A DNA stretch of 64,000 nucleotides from an uncultured virus (IMG/VR IMGVR_UViG_3300032296_001854) (Duplodnaviria > Heunggongvirae > Uroviricota > Caudoviricetes), in IMG/VR virus record IMGVR_UViG_3300032296_001854. The stretch is one strand, 5' to 3'. Every line of letters starts with the position of its first letter. Position 1 is the first letter of the stretch. Shown here piece after piece: positions 1-11,300 of this stretch. A program made the translations under genes and the position numbers. Under the pieces are notes generated by a model. That model had not been told where the DNA came from. It was given only the letters and a program-made list of their open reading frames with translations, and made no database searches.

Positions 1-1
1 A

Positions 2-295
2 GCTCTAGTTGCTCGCGCACAGGAAATGTCCATGGCTACTGCCGAAGCACAGATTAAACTGGAAACAGAAGTAGTTGACGCTACTGTTCCTAACAGACCA
101 ACTGTTATTGTTGATGACCCAACAGTTATTGACAAAAGCGATGAGTCAGTCGTTATCCGTGTTGTAGAAGACATCGAATCAATGACCCTTGGAGCAGGAA
201 ACTACTACAGCTTTAAAGCTGGACAAAAATACAAAGTGTCTCGTCAAGTTGCTCAGCACCTTGAGGAAAAAGGCTATCTAGCTGGAGTTATCTAA
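2..295 (+). CDS. Hypothetical virion/head-associated protein, probably 5'-truncated by the window edge
   Basis: The frame is open from base 2 (ALVARAQEMSMATAE...). It lies directly upstream of the adaptor gene. Confidence 0.55.
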   Translation, partial: ALVARAQEMSMATAEAQIKLETEVVDATVPNRPTVIVDDPTVIDKSDESVVIRVVEDIESMTLGAGNYYSFKAGQKYKVSRQVAQHLEEKGYLAGVI

Positions 296-317
296 GCTAG
301 GGACTTACACTTAATTC

Positions 318-353
318 GGCGGAGCGGCGGACAGAAATGTCCGCTGTTTCGTT
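318..353 (+). terminator. GC-rich hairpin with GAAA tetraloop (terminator or processing stem)
   Basis: ggcggagcggcggaca-gaaa-tgtccgctgtttcgtt, with several G-U pairs and only a weak U tract. Confidence 0.45.
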
Positions 354-381
354 AGTCAATGTAGTAAAGGAGATGAATTAA

Positions 382-1440
382 GTGGCTTTAATGTCCGACC
401 TAGTGTCTAGAGTGCGTCTTGAACTAGGAGACCTACCTAAAGAATTTAATTTCGTTGCCACCGCTGATGGCGCTACTAAAGACTTTTATTTAAACACTAA
501 GCCTGTAGAACCGTATACTCTTTATGTTACCGTTCTTGACGCGGCCGTTCCTGCCCCTTCTGGTTATAAATTAGAAAAAGACCAAGGCATAATTCATTTT
601 AGAGAACCACTAGATGCTGGAAACATTCTTAGTGTTCACGGAGTTAGTTACAGATACTTTACAGACTCCGATATTGAACGTTTTATTAACACTGCTATAG
701 ACCAGCACACTCACGAGCGTACCGATAAATACGGAACTCGTGTAACAATTAAAAGTATTGAACCTGTAGAAGAATATCCAATTGCTATTCTTGCAGTCAT
801 TGAAGCTTTATGGGCACTCTCAACCGATGCTGCTTTTGATATTAACATCATGGCTCCAGATGGCGTTATGATTCCTCGTTCTCAAAGATATGAACAGTTA
901 ACTAATATGGTTAACCAACGTTGGGAACAATACAAGCAATTATGCGCAGCTCTTAATATTGGCCTATGGCGTATTCAAATTGGAACCCTACGTCGTACTA
1001 GCCGACGTACTAATAAGCTTGTTCCCATATACATTGGTCAGGAGATTGACGACAGTAGAAAGCCAGAGAGAGTTTGGCTTCCTAACGATGTACTTGGCTA
1101 TACACCTCCGCCAACTACCGCAGAAGTTTACGACATTGTTATGTACCAGGGCGACTATTACGAACAAATTATTGACTTTGCCTTTGATGTTACTGGTATT
1201 GACTGGAAGGCAGAAATTCGTACTTATCCAAATTCACCAGCTAGATATGCCACCTTTGATGTTACAATTCTAAATGCAGCACAAGGAAGAATTAAGATAT
1301 CGTTAAACAGCGATAAAACTAAATATCTGCCTGTTCGTGCGTTTTGGGATTTACAAGCAACCAGGGCAAATGACCCTACCTGGGAGCACACGTATTTAAA
1401 GGGTCAAGTATTTGTAACCCAACAGGTAACGGTGGATTAA
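382..1440 (+). CDS. Head-tail adaptor-like virion protein with a C-terminal BppU-like beta domain
   Basis: SD AAAGGAG. Adaptor-like motifs 'VRLELGD' and '[11 protein letters not shown]'; C-terminal 'YQGDYY...WDLQAT...YLKGQV'. Confidence 0.55.
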   Translation: MALMSDLVSRVRLELGDLPKEFNFVATADGATKDFYLNTKPVEPYTLYVTVLDAAVPAPSGYKLEKDQGIIHFREPLDAGNILSVHGVSYRYFTDSDIERFINTAIDQHTHERTDKYGTRVTIKSIEPVEEYPIAILAVIEALWALSTDAAFDINIMAPDGVMIPRSQRYEQLTNMVNQRWEQYKQLCAALNIGLWRIQIGTLRRTSRRTNKLVPIYIGQEIDDSRKPERVWLPNDVLGYTPPPTTAEVYDIVMYQGDYYEQIIDFAFDVTGIDWKAEIRTYPNSPARYATFDVTILNAAQGRIKISLNSDKTKYLPVRAFWDLQATRANDPTWEHTYLKGQVFVTQQVTVD

Positions 1441-1441
1441 A

Positions 1442-3913
1442 GTGTCAGAAGAACTTTATGTAGTAGGTCCAGATAACAGCGCTTGGTACCCAACCGCTAC
1501 TGGTCCAACTTCTCCTGCGCCTACAGGCGGCACTGGTCCTACAGGACCAACTGGCCCTACTGGTAGAACAGGTGCAACAGGACCAGCAGGTGCAACGGGC
1601 GCTGCTGGCGTTTCTGTAACAGGCCCTCAAGGTCCTACTGGAGCTCCAGGACCAACTGGTCCACAAGGTATCCAAGGTAATGCGGGTCCAACTGGTGCAA
1701 CTGGTCCTTCTGGTGTGTCTGGTCTTCAAGGAGCCACTGGTCCTACTGGACCATCTGGACAAGTAATTACTATTCGTGGTGAGTATCCAACACTTAACGA
1801 TTTACAAACAGCACATCCAACTGGTAATCCAGGCGATGCTTATCTTCTTGCTAATGGCAATTTAATTATTTGGAACCCTACGTTAAACGGCCCATCTACT
1901 GGTGGTTGGCAAAACGTAGGTAATCTAGAAGGACCAACTGGTCCTGCTGGAACAACAGGTCCTACTGGTCCACGCGGACAGCAAGGTGTACAAGGTCCTG
2001 TTGGTAACACTGGTACAACAGGTGATACTGGTCCTACTGGTCCGCAAGGCCCAACAGGTCCACAAGGTGCACGCGGTGAGACTGGTCCTATTGGTCCTAC
2101 TGGTGTTGCTGGTATTGTTGGACCCACAGGTGCTACTGGTGCACAAGGTCTTTCTATTACTGGACCTACTGGTCCTCAAGGTAAATCACTTACACTATTA
2201 GGAACTTTTGCTGACCTACAAGCTCTTAATTTAGCGCATCCAGATGTAACGCTTATTCAAGGTGATACCGCCTTTATTGGTACAACATTTCATTTCTGGA
2301 GACCTGGAACTGGGTGGGTTGCTACTTCCAATTTGATTGGACCTACAGGTCCTACAGGTGCCGTTGGTCCTACAGGTGCTGCATCAAACGTAACTGGTCC
2401 TACTGGTTTAACTGGAGCTACTGGTGCACAGGGTCCTATTGGTCCAACAGGTGCACAGGGTTCTCAAGGTCCTACTGGTCCAACTGGAGCGGCCTCTACA
2501 GTACCTGGTCCTACAGGTCCTACTGGAACTACACGTCCTGTAACAAGTGTTACTTATACAGACCAAGGTGTTTGGAGCTCACTAGCAACATATGCTCTAA
2601 ACAATGGAGTTACTTATAACTCTGAAATTTGGGTATTAACTAACACATCACAATTTACTGTTGGTACTACGCCTAACACTGATGGAAGCGGTTGGGCACT
2701 CTATGTAAAAGGAGACCGTGGAGCAACGGGTCCTCAGGGTTCTGCAGGTTTTCCAGGCGCTATTGGTCCTACTGGTGCACAAGGGCCGCAAGGTATTCAA
2801 GGCCCTACAGGTCCACAAGGAACTGCTGGTACTCCAGGCTCTGTTGGTACCGCAGGTGCTACTGGACCTACTGGTCCTCAAGGTGCTGGAATCTTTATTC
2901 TTGGTTCCTACAACTCACTAAGCGATTTACAAACCGCACATCCAGTTGGTGCAACTGGCGACGGTTATCTTGTTAACGGTGTTCTATTTGTATGGGCTGG
3001 TTCTAACTGGGCAAGTGCTGGCGCAATTCAAGGACCAACAGGTGCTCAAGGTATTCAAGGTATCCAAGGTGTCACTGGTCCTCAAGGAGACACGGGTCCA
3101 CAAGGACCTCAAGGTATTCAAGGAATTCAAGGACCAATTGGTCCAACAGGTTTAACTGGTGCAACTGGTGCGCAAGGAACTCAAGGTCTTCAAGGTATTC
3201 AAGGTGTAACAGGTCCTACAGGTATTCAAGGTCCTCAAGGTGTTACTGGTCCAACAGGTATTCAAGGACGCGGTCTTGCAATTCTTGGTTCGTTTGATAC
3301 GTTCCAACAATTAACTGCAACCATAACCAATCCTGCAACTGGCGACGGATATTTAATTCAAGGACAGTTATATATTTGGCAAGGTGTTGCGTGGATTAAC
3401 GCAGGTTTTGTTCAAGGACCAACAGGTCCTACTGGACAAACAGGTATTCAAGGCCCAACTGGTGCAACTGGTGCGGCTTCAACTGTTCCAGGTCCTACTG
3501 GTGCTACAGGTCCGACTCCATTTACTGTTATTGGAACTTGGCAAAACGGTATTTCTTATTTACCTGGTCAAGCAGTTTTCTACGACACACCTACATTAAA
3601 AGGAACGTACCTACGCAGAAATAATGCTTCTACCGCTGGCATTACTCCTTTAGATGACCCAGCTGGTTGGCAAGTAATTGTTGCTGCAGCAATCGGACCA
3701 ACTGGAGCTACAGGTCCACAAGGTTTAACTGGTCTACAGGGACCTACAGGTGAGGTTGGACCTCAAGGTGTAATAGGACCAACAGGAAGTCAGGGTTTAC
3801 TAGGTCCAACAGGCCCTACAGGCACTACACTATTGAACGTAGATGGTGGCGGCCCTGCAACTAATTATGGCGGAGTTATAACCATCAACGGAGGAGACGT
3901 GAGCGGTAACTAA
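1442..3913 (+). CDS. Collagen-like (Gly-X-Y) fibre protein with interspersed globular repeats
   Basis: Long GPT/GAT/GPQ runs, four 'LG.F..L..L..AHP.G..GD.YL..G.L..W....W' modules and two W/Y-rich CBM-like modules. Confidence 0.9.
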   Translation: MSEELYVVGPDNSAWYPTATGPTSPAPTGGTGPTGPTGPTGRTGATGPAGATGAAGVSVTGPQGPTGAPGPTGPQGIQGNAGPTGATGPSGVSGLQGATGPTGPSGQVITIRGEYPTLNDLQTAHPTGNPGDAYLLANGNLIIWNPTLNGPSTGGWQNVGNLEGPTGPAGTTGPTGPRGQQGVQGPVGNTGTTGDTGPTGPQGPTGPQGARGETGPIGPTGVAGIVGPTGATGAQGLSITGPTGPQGKSLTLLGTFADLQALNLAHPDVTLIQGDTAFIGTTFHFWRPGTGWVATSNLIGPTGPTGAVGPTGAASNVTGPTGLTGATGAQGPIGPTGAQGSQGPTGPTGAASTVPGPTGPTGTTRPVTSVTYTDQGVWSSLATYALNNGVTYNSEIWVLTNTSQFTVGTTPNTDGSGWALYVKGDRGATGPQGSAGFPGAIGPTGAQGPQGIQGPTGPQGTAGTPGSVGTAGATGPTGPQGAGIFILGSYNSLSDLQTAHPVGATGDGYLVNGVLFVWAGSNWASAGAIQGPTGAQGIQGIQGVTGPQGDTGPQGPQGIQGIQGPIGPTGLTGATGAQGTQGLQGIQGVTGPTGIQGPQGVTGPTGIQGRGLAILGSFDTFQQLTATITNPATGDGYLIQGQLYIWQGVAWINAGFVQGPTGPTGQTGIQGPTGATGAASTVPGPTGATGPTPFTVIGTWQNGISYLPGQAVFYDTPTLKGTYLRRNNASTAGITPLDDPAGWQVIVAAAIGPTGATGPQGLTGLQGPTGEVGPQGVIGPTGSQGLLGPTGPTGTTLLNVDGGGPATNYGGVITINGGDVSGN

Positions 3914-4326
3914 TGGCAATTAAATTACAATTACGTCGTGGTACGGCGTCAGAATGGTCAACAACTAACCCTTTACTTTCTGAAGGCGAACTAGGTCTTG
4001 AACTTGACACTGGAAAGTTTAAAGTTGGTAATGGAACTCAAAACTGGAATGCGTTAGTATATGCATCTGGTATTCAAGGACCAACTGGACCACAAGGTAC
4101 CGCAGGTGCCGCTGGACCAGCGGGTGCTAACGGAGCAGCAGGTGCTCCAGGACCAACAGGCTTGCGTGGACCCACAGGTGCACAAGGCCCAGCTGGAGAT
4201 GGCGGAGTTGGTCAACTACTTGCTATGGATGCGCAGTTAGAACTTGGAATATTCTTTCCGCGTTATTCACAGACACGTACTACTACTGTTGTACAAACCG
4301 TTATTCCACCGATTACGCTTATCTAG
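3913..4326 (+). CDS. Short collagen-like protein with an Mtd-N/hyaluronidase-type N-terminal domain
   Basis: 'IKLQLRRGTASEWSTTNPLLSEGELGLELDTGKFKVGNG' followed by G-X-Y repeats. Confidence 0.8.
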   Translation: MAIKLQLRRGTASEWSTTNPLLSEGELGLELDTGKFKVGNGTQNWNALVYASGIQGPTGPQGTAGAAGPAGANGAAGAPGPTGLRGPTGAQGPAGDGGVGQLLAMDAQLELGIFFPRYSQTRTTTVVQTVIPPITLI

Positions 4327-4340
4327 GAAGGTAACAATTA

Positions 4341-7300
4341 ATGGCACGTAATATTGCGCCCGAGGATTATGTATTTAATCCAACGACAAAGACAATTACT
4401 ATTGAGCGCTACATCAAGAAAATTCACATCTTCCTTATTGTTAACGCAACAACTAATCAGATTCTTTTTAACTTTTCTGACCCAGATAAAAAAGCATCAG
4501 TTAGTTACCTATATCCTGATGTAAGCGTATCTAATCCTTTTGGAAATACAGACTATAGAACTGTAATTCAATTAGATGCTGCTGTTAGCACAGCGGGCAT
4601 GACCGCCAATGACACACTTCAAATTGTTGTTGATGATGAAAATCAAAAAATTACATTTGATGACACCTTTATTGACGGCGCACAAAAACTTCGTACATCT
4701 ACCCCACAGTCACTTATGGATACTGACTTTGAATACTCAGTACAGCCATCTAAGTGGGAAGCCTTATTCTTACACAATAATTATCCCTCTTTCTTTGCAA
4801 AGGGAACTGGTGGTAACTCTTTAGATATTGTTTCTTTAGTGGGTGACGGTGTACGTCCTCGTTCTAGAATGACGGTAACAACCCTTCTTCCTCACGGTTT
4901 AGTGCCAGGTCAGGTAGTATCTGTTCAAGAAACACTTAATTATCTTGCAGAGGGTAGTTCCCTTGTTACATCAGCTCCAACACCAGAAACATTTACATAC
5001 ACGGCTCGTGGCGTTGTTTCTGGAGATATCCTTTCTGGAACGCTTACTAGCGTCTACGGTGGAGACATCTTTGATGGCGCCCATATTCCTGGCGGTAACT
5101 TTCCAATTGGTGGAGTTTCTACATTAAATACTTTTCGCGCTCAAACAGACGGCGCTTCTCCTATTTCAAAGGTAACTGTAACATTTGATAATCCACACGG
5201 CGTTTATCCAGGAGCACTTATTGTTGTAAGTGGAACTAATAGCTTTGATGGTAACTGGTCTGTTTCTGAAGTTCCTACAACACGTACTTTGTCTTTCCAA
5301 TTAGACCGTCAACAGTCTGCCATCTCTGTTCCTAGTACCGCTATTATTTTGACAAAGGGTGACGGCTATATTGTCCACCGCCCATTCGATGGTGGTGTTT
5401 CTTTGACTACTGGTACCAATACAATGGGTAATCAAGTTATCCGTCAAACCCGCCGTTACTTCCGTTACCAGTCAGGTAAAGGTCTACAGTTCTCTACTGG
5501 TGGTCAAATGACACCAGTATTCGATGTGGAACAAATGTATCTAAATGGCGGAGCAGTTGGTCCAGCAATTGTTACAGTAAAAACTGTTCAAGACCACGGA
5601 CTTCAGGCTGGCGTAGGCATTCAAGTTGAGGGCGTTATAACACGTGGAGCATATAATCCATTTAACGGCGAGAACTTTGTAGTATCAAAAATTGTAGATG
5701 TTAACACTTTTGAGTTTCCAGTAACCTTAACTGAAATTGTTCCACTAGTTGACCAAAACCCAGCGGGTGTTAACGTTTATGTGCACGCTCGTACCTGGTA
5801 CGGAGCAGTTACACGAACAGGTATGTTTGATGACCAAAATGGTTTTTTCTTTGAATATGATGGTCAAAAATGCTACGTTGTGCGGCGTCACTCAGAAAAA
5901 GAAGGTATTGGTAGGGTAAATGTTACTCAAAACTCTTCTTTCGTAGAAGGATTATCTACTCAGTTCCGTAAACAACTTGTAGTTGGTCAGTCTATTGTTA
6001 TTAAAGGCGCTGTTTATAAAGTTGTTCAGATTAACTCCGCAACATCTTTAAATATTGCTCCTGCTTACAAGGGAACAACTGGTCGTCGTACTCGTTTTAT
6101 GATTGTACAAACTGAAAGAGTTCCACAAGAAGACTGGAATATTGACCGTTTTGATGGCACAGGGCCCTCTGGTTACAAGCTAGATATGGGCCGTATGCAG
6201 ATGTTGTTCATTGATTACACCTGGTACGGTGCGGGAACCATTCGTTGGGGAATGCGTGGCGTAAACGGAAAAGTATTTTGGTGCCACAGGCTTCCTATGA
6301 ACAACGTAAACAACGCTGCTTATCAGCGTTCAGGTAATTTGCCTGCTCGTTACGAAGTTTCTAACGACCCTTCATACTTCTCAAAGATGTTAGCTGGTGG
6401 AGCTGCTGGCACTATTGGTACGCAACTTGGACCAGACGACAATGTCATTTGGGTTGAAAATACAAAGGATTGGCCACCAACTGGTTATATTTATGTACGA
6501 GATGATGTCAACTGCGAAATTATGCGCTACTCATCTGTAGGTGCCTATGACCCAGTAAAGAAGGTTGCGCCTATTTATATCGCAGAACGTCGTGCATCCA
6601 TTACTCAAATCTATCCAGATATTCCGTTTACTTTTTCTGGAACAAAGTCAAGAGTAACATTTACTCCAGACTCTTCTTATACAGGTCTTGGTGGTAATGC
6701 TCAGGTTGCAGTTCAGTCAATTACTCAAAACTGTGCGCCTATTATTAGCCACTGGGGTTCTTCAGTTATTATGGATGGTCAGTTTGATGATGACGTAAGC
6801 TTTATTTTTACTGGTGGTATGACCAAGCTTCTTAACGTAGCAGCGGGTGTTACTCGTCCACTTATTGCAGTGCGTCTAGCTCCAACTGTAGATAACGCAA
6901 TTGCTCGTAACTATGGTATTCGAGAACTAACAAACCGCATGCAGTTGAAGATGAACTCTATTGGAGTTACTACTAACGGACAATTCCGTATTGATGGAAT
7001 TCTAAACCCAGCAAAAATTGAATACACTCTTTGGAATGCAACACAGTTAACAACTACACGCTCTTCCGTTACTGGAACAGCTCTTCTTAACTTTATCCTA
7101 GTTAATGACGCGGCTGGTACAAACGGTCTAGTCCCTGGTATGCGTGTCAGCGGAACGGGTATTGGCGTAGGTGCAACTATTGCCTCTGTAGCTGCTAACC
7201 GAATTACCCTATCTGTAGCTAACACAGGTACAGTTTCTGGAACTATTACATTTGTTCCAAGAGCTGGATATGTTGGAATACCTGATGACTGGACTCGTGA

Positions 7301-7637
7301 CCAGGTTGGTTCTGGTTCTCTTGCTCAAATTATCTACTTTGATAACTCTGGCCCAGGAGCTGGTGGTGTTCAAATAGCCTCTGGTCTTATTACAGGCGGA
7401 GACTCCGTGGCCTCTTTCTACTCAGAAAACGGCGGTGGAGCCTCTAACTACAACGTTTCTAACTACGACCTAACTAAAATTCGAGACCTCGGTAACTCTA
7501 TTCTCAGCGGAAACGGCAACGTTTCTAGCCCATCATTCCCTAATGGGCCAGATATCCTTGTTTTGACCGCGACCAATATTGGTACCGCTGCTTCGAATAT
7601 CTCGGCTCGTATCTCATGGACAGAGGCTCAGGCATAA
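4341..7637 (+). CDS. Large beta-rich virion structural protein (fibre/baseplate appendage)
   Basis: 1098 aa with repeated 'T..PHGL..G..V.V' modules, in the structural block. SD AGGAAGG. Confidence 0.7.
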   Translation: MARNIAPEDYVFNPTTKTITIERYIKKIHIFLIVNATTNQILFNFSDPDKKASVSYLYPDVSVSNPFGNTDYRTVIQLDAAVSTAGMTANDTLQIVVDDENQKITFDDTFIDGAQKLRTSTPQSLMDTDFEYSVQPSKWEALFLHNNYPSFFAKGTGGNSLDIVSLVGDGVRPRSRMTVTTLLPHGLVPGQVVSVQETLNYLAEGSSLVTSAPTPETFTYTARGVVSGDILSGTLTSVYGGDIFDGAHIPGGNFPIGGVSTLNTFRAQTDGASPISKVTVTFDNPHGVYPGALIVVSGTNSFDGNWSVSEVPTTRTLSFQLDRQQSAISVPSTAIILTKGDGYIVHRPFDGGVSLTTGTNTMGNQVIRQTRRYFRYQSGKGLQFSTGGQMTPVFDVEQMYLNGGAVGPAIVTVKTVQDHGLQAGVGIQVEGVITRGAYNPFNGENFVVSKIVDVNTFEFPVTLTEIVPLVDQNPAGVNVYVHARTWYGAVTRTGMFDDQNGFFFEYDGQKCYVVRRHSEKEGIGRVNVTQNSSFVEGLSTQFRKQLVVGQSIVIKGAVYKVVQINSATSLNIAPAYKGTTGRRTRFMIVQTERVPQEDWNIDRFDGTGPSGYKLDMGRMQMLFIDYTWYGAGTIRWGMRGVNGKVFWCHRLPMNNVNNAAYQRSGNLPARYEVSNDPSYFSKMLAGGAAGTIGTQLGPDDNVIWVENTKDWPPTGYIYVRDDVNCEIMRYSSVGAYDPVKKVAPIYIAERRASITQIYPDIPFTFSGTKSRVTFTPDSSYTGLGGNAQVAVQSITQNCAPIISHWGSSVIMDGQFDDDVSFIFTGGMTKLLNVAAGVTRPLIAVRLAPTVDNAIARNYGIRELTNRMQLKMNSIGVTTNGQFRIDGILNPAKIEYTLWNATQLTTTRSSVTGTALLNFILVNDAAGTNGLVPGMRVSGTGIGVGATIASVAANRITLSVANTGTVSGTITFVPRAGYVGIPDDWTRDQVGSGSLAQIIYFDNSGPGAGGVQIASGLITGGDSVASFYSENGGGASNYNVSNYDLTKIRDLGNSILSGNGNVSSPSFPNGPDILVLTATNIGTAASNISARISWTEAQA

Positions 7638-7712
7638 AGTCTATGGTTTACAATGGCAAGACATTTAAAAATGCTACACTTTTAATAACCTCGGAAGGTA
7701 GGTAAATAACAC

Positions 7713-8051
7713 ATGCCCGATTATTCATCGCTGTCTACGCAGATTACTGCGGTTAAGACAGAGATTACAGATAGTCTTGCGGCGAGCACATATACCGCAC
7801 AGGACCTTGTGTTCGTAGCCAAGGCATTAGAAACTCTTGGCGCCTTGCTTGGGGTTAACGACATTGTTGCAGCAACCGCAGACCGCGTCACTGCAATCAC
7901 AACCGCTGGTACGACCCAGGTAACCGCTGTTAACACAGCTGGTACTACCCAAGTTGCTGCGGTAAACACTGCAGGAAACACAAAGTTAGCAGCAATTCAA
8001 AATGAAGCTGCTGACTTAACCATTCTCAACTACATAGGAGTACTAGCATAA
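7713..8051 (+). CDS. Small virion protein with TAGTTQV repeats
   Basis: 11-aa repeat 'VTAVNTAGTTQ'; structural context. Confidence 0.7.
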   Translation: MPDYSSLSTQITAVKTEITDSLAASTYTAQDLVFVAKALETLGALLGVNDIVAATADRVTAITTAGTTQVTAVNTAGTTQVAAVNTAGNTKLAAIQNEAADLTILNYIGVLA

Positions 8052-8356
8052 TGCCAACTACAGTAACCCGCTTTAAATCAGGTACTGCTGGAACTACCGA
8101 CGGCTCTGCCTACGCTGTTCCTTCTAGTAACACTGCAATTATCACAAATGTGATTTTATCTAATAAGACTGGCTCAACACGCACCGTCACCATCACAATG
8201 GGTGGTTTGTCGTTTTGCACAGGACTTCAAGTTCCACCAAATGGAACAGTAAATTTCGACGCTCGCACAGTATTGAACGCAGCGGAAACCATTACTGTCA
8301 TCGCAGACGTAGCTGCTGCTGTTGACTACATGATTTCTGGCGTTTTAATTTCTTAA
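8051..8356 (+). CDS. Small beta-sandwich virion protein
   Basis: Coupled to the previous gene (TAATG); 'YAVPSSNTAIITNVILSN' type of fold. Confidence 0.7.
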   Translation: MPTTVTRFKSGTAGTTDGSAYAVPSSNTAIITNVILSNKTGSTRTVTITMGGLSFCTGLQVPPNGTVNFDARTVLNAAETITVIADVAAAVDYMISGVLIS

Positions 8357-8382
8357 CAACCAGGTAAAGGACAGGTATATAA

Positions 8383-11300
8383 ATGGCTATTAGTTCAAGC
8401 AAAGAATTTATCGTATTTCCTAACGATAATTCTGGTCGCGTTTACATTAAAGAGCAGGCCTTTACAGCCAGTGGTACCTGGACAGTTCCTGCTGGTGTAA
8501 CAAGTGCCCAAGTCATCCTTGTTGGTGGCGGCGGTGGCGGCGGAGGCGGAAGCCAAAACGTCGCAGGTGGCGGTGGAGGCGGAGGCCAAGTTGTCGTACG
8601 TAATATTGACGTCAACCCACTTCAAACATATCAGGTAACAATTGGCGCAGGCGGTGTTGGTGGATTAGGTGCCCAGACTGGTGCTGCTGACGAAACTAGC
8701 ACACTTCCAGGTGGTAACGGTACTCCTACTACATTTGGAACTGTAACAGTTGCTAACCTTTTAACAAACACAGACTTTGACTACAACATTCTTGGTTGGG
8801 ACACAGATGTTGTATTCCGTTCCGCAACTGGTATTTCAGGACAATCAGGTCTTACTGTTTATCCAAACGCTGCTGGTATCTCTGTAGGTCAGATTGTAAC
8901 TGGTGGTAACATTGCTGCTGGTGCAGTTGTTACATCTATTACTGGAAACGTAGTAGCAGTATCTGTTGCTAACACAGGTGTAGTAAGCGGTATTATTCGT
9001 TTCGATAACGATACTATTCGTACACGCCCATCCACCGTTTTCTTCAATAATATTTCTGGTGGCGGAGATTCAAATAACCCACAAACATCAAATACACCAG
9101 GTTCACCATATTTCCAGAACCTGTCAAACAACATTTTGATGCCTCAACTATCACAGCTTGAAGAATCTGCGTTAATAACAAATAACAACATTCGTCAGTA
9201 TGGTGTTTCTCTATCTACATTTACCATCACTAACGCGGGTGTTCCAACTAAGTTGCCAGAAATGTCTGGTGGATACACAAAACTTATCAGCGGTTCTTTA
9301 AGCTCACTAACAGCAACACTAGACAGCACATTAAACGTATATCCAGGTATGTTTATTGCAGGCAACGGACTTCAGTCTGGAACTACAGTTGTTTCCGTAA
9401 ACAGCAGCACATCAATTACGTTGTCTGCTGCTCTTACTGCAAATTTAACAAATGAATCTGTAACGGTTTCATACTCAGGCTCAACTGGTGCTCAGGCACT
9501 TATTGCTGGTACAAGCTCATCAACAGCTTCTGGTAACCCAACGTGGATTCAGTTCTCTAACATGAACTCAACTACTACCTCAAACGGTACCCAGACAGTT
9601 GCGGGTTTCCAGGGTGTTCCATATATCCCAGGCGCTACGTATACAATGTCTGCATACGTTTCTACAAACGTAAACATCAGCACATCAACACCGATTCTAT
9701 TCCAGATTCGTTCTGCTGGTGCTTCTCGTAACGCTGCTTCTAACGTTTCATATGTTGGTGGCTCTAACTCAGCAACTACTGATTCAATTGATGCTGGTAC
9801 CGCTAACGGATTTTTTGTCCGTCAAGCAACTCCAGCAGCTTTGACTAACTATGGTGGAAACTTTACCACTACTGCAAACGCAGGTAATGGCTCCAGCTCA
9901 ATTGTTGTTGCAGATGCAACAGGTATTTTGCAAAGCATGGCTATTACTGGTTCAGGTATTCAGTCAGGTACAACCGTACAGTCTGTTGTTGGGACTACAG
10001 TAAACCTAAGCCTTCCAACAAATGCTGCTATTACAAACGGCTCAGTTTCCTTTAACTCTGGAAACTCTCAGGTTCTTGGCTCTAACGTAACACCTGCCCA
10101 GACACCATGGCGCCGTATTTCAGCAACATTTACAACCCCATCAATTGCAACTACGCTTGCTAACAGCGTTTATCCATTTGGTTCAACACCACAATTTATT
10201 CACCCAGTAATTGTTCTTACACAGGGTTCTGTAAATTACTTCTTTGACAACATTCAGCTTGAAGTTGGTAACACAACTACAACCTGGCGTCCACCTACAT
10301 ATCGTGAAGCACAGGCATTACTTGTAACATCTAACAATGCTCAGGGCGGAAACCTCGAGGCTTCACACCGATTTGTAAAATCAGTAGCTGGTACCCAGTA
10401 CTCAGGTTCTGCATTCGTTGTCGATATGGGTACAGCTAACCAGTACCGTCCAGTGCGTGGCTTTATCGAGTTCTTTGATAGAGACTATAACTCACTGCTT
10501 CGTACAGAAGGCAGCAACGTATTCTTACCAATTAGCGGAGCTCAATCATTAAATCAGCAAATGCCTAACGTTACTTATCCAGTGCGTGTTGGCGTTACAG
10601 CTACTGCTCCAGCAGGCACAAGCTTTATGAAGTTTGGTGTTATGAAGCTAAACGGAACTCAATCATCAAGCGCTGGTGCAATTGAATTTGCAGTTATTGC
10701 TCCACAGCTAGAGGTTGCCGCTGTGCCAACTATTTACAAGGAAGTTGATGGAATCAATTACGTATACGCTGGACAGCCTGGTATTACTCCAATTGTTACT
10801 GTTGCTTCTGTATCTGCAGAAGGTGGCGGTGGCGGTGGAACCTACAACGCTAACTCACTTGTTTGGCAGTATGGTCTAGAGGGCGGAAACAACGGCGGTC
10901 ACGCTTCACGTAACGCACACACCTCTATGACTCTTGCTGGCGGTGGCGCTGGTGCAGGTTCTGCAGGCTTTAATGCGCTTTCTTACACACCTCCATTCTC
11001 AACTTCGCCATCAGGTGGATATAACACCACTTCAGGCTCTTCACAACAGGTATGGCCACTTCGTGGAAACTACGGCGGTCACGCTCTTTGGAACACTGGA
11101 ACTGGTAACGCCAGCATTCCAGGATGGGCTGGAGACGGTGGCTACGGCCAAATGATTAACGGCCTAAACAGCGGTTCACCTCTTGGCATTGCCCTTGGCG
11201 GCGGTGGGGGTGGCGCTGGCTGGATTTCAAATTCACAAAACCTAACAGCTCCTGGACGCGGAAATGGCGGCGGCGGAAAAGGTGGCGGAACTTGGATTGT

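Noticed and set aside
1445..3599. Many alternate-frame and antisense ORFs over the collagen gene, and similar shadow ORFs elsewhere
   Set aside because: These are artefacts of repetitive codon usage. They lack an RBS and are fully nested in well-supported genes.
1442..4326. Tandem 9-bp-like repeats as a CRISPR/VNTR, or the Mtd-like domain as a DGR target
   Set aside because: The repeats are collagen codons. No reverse transcriptase or template/variable repeat pair is visible.
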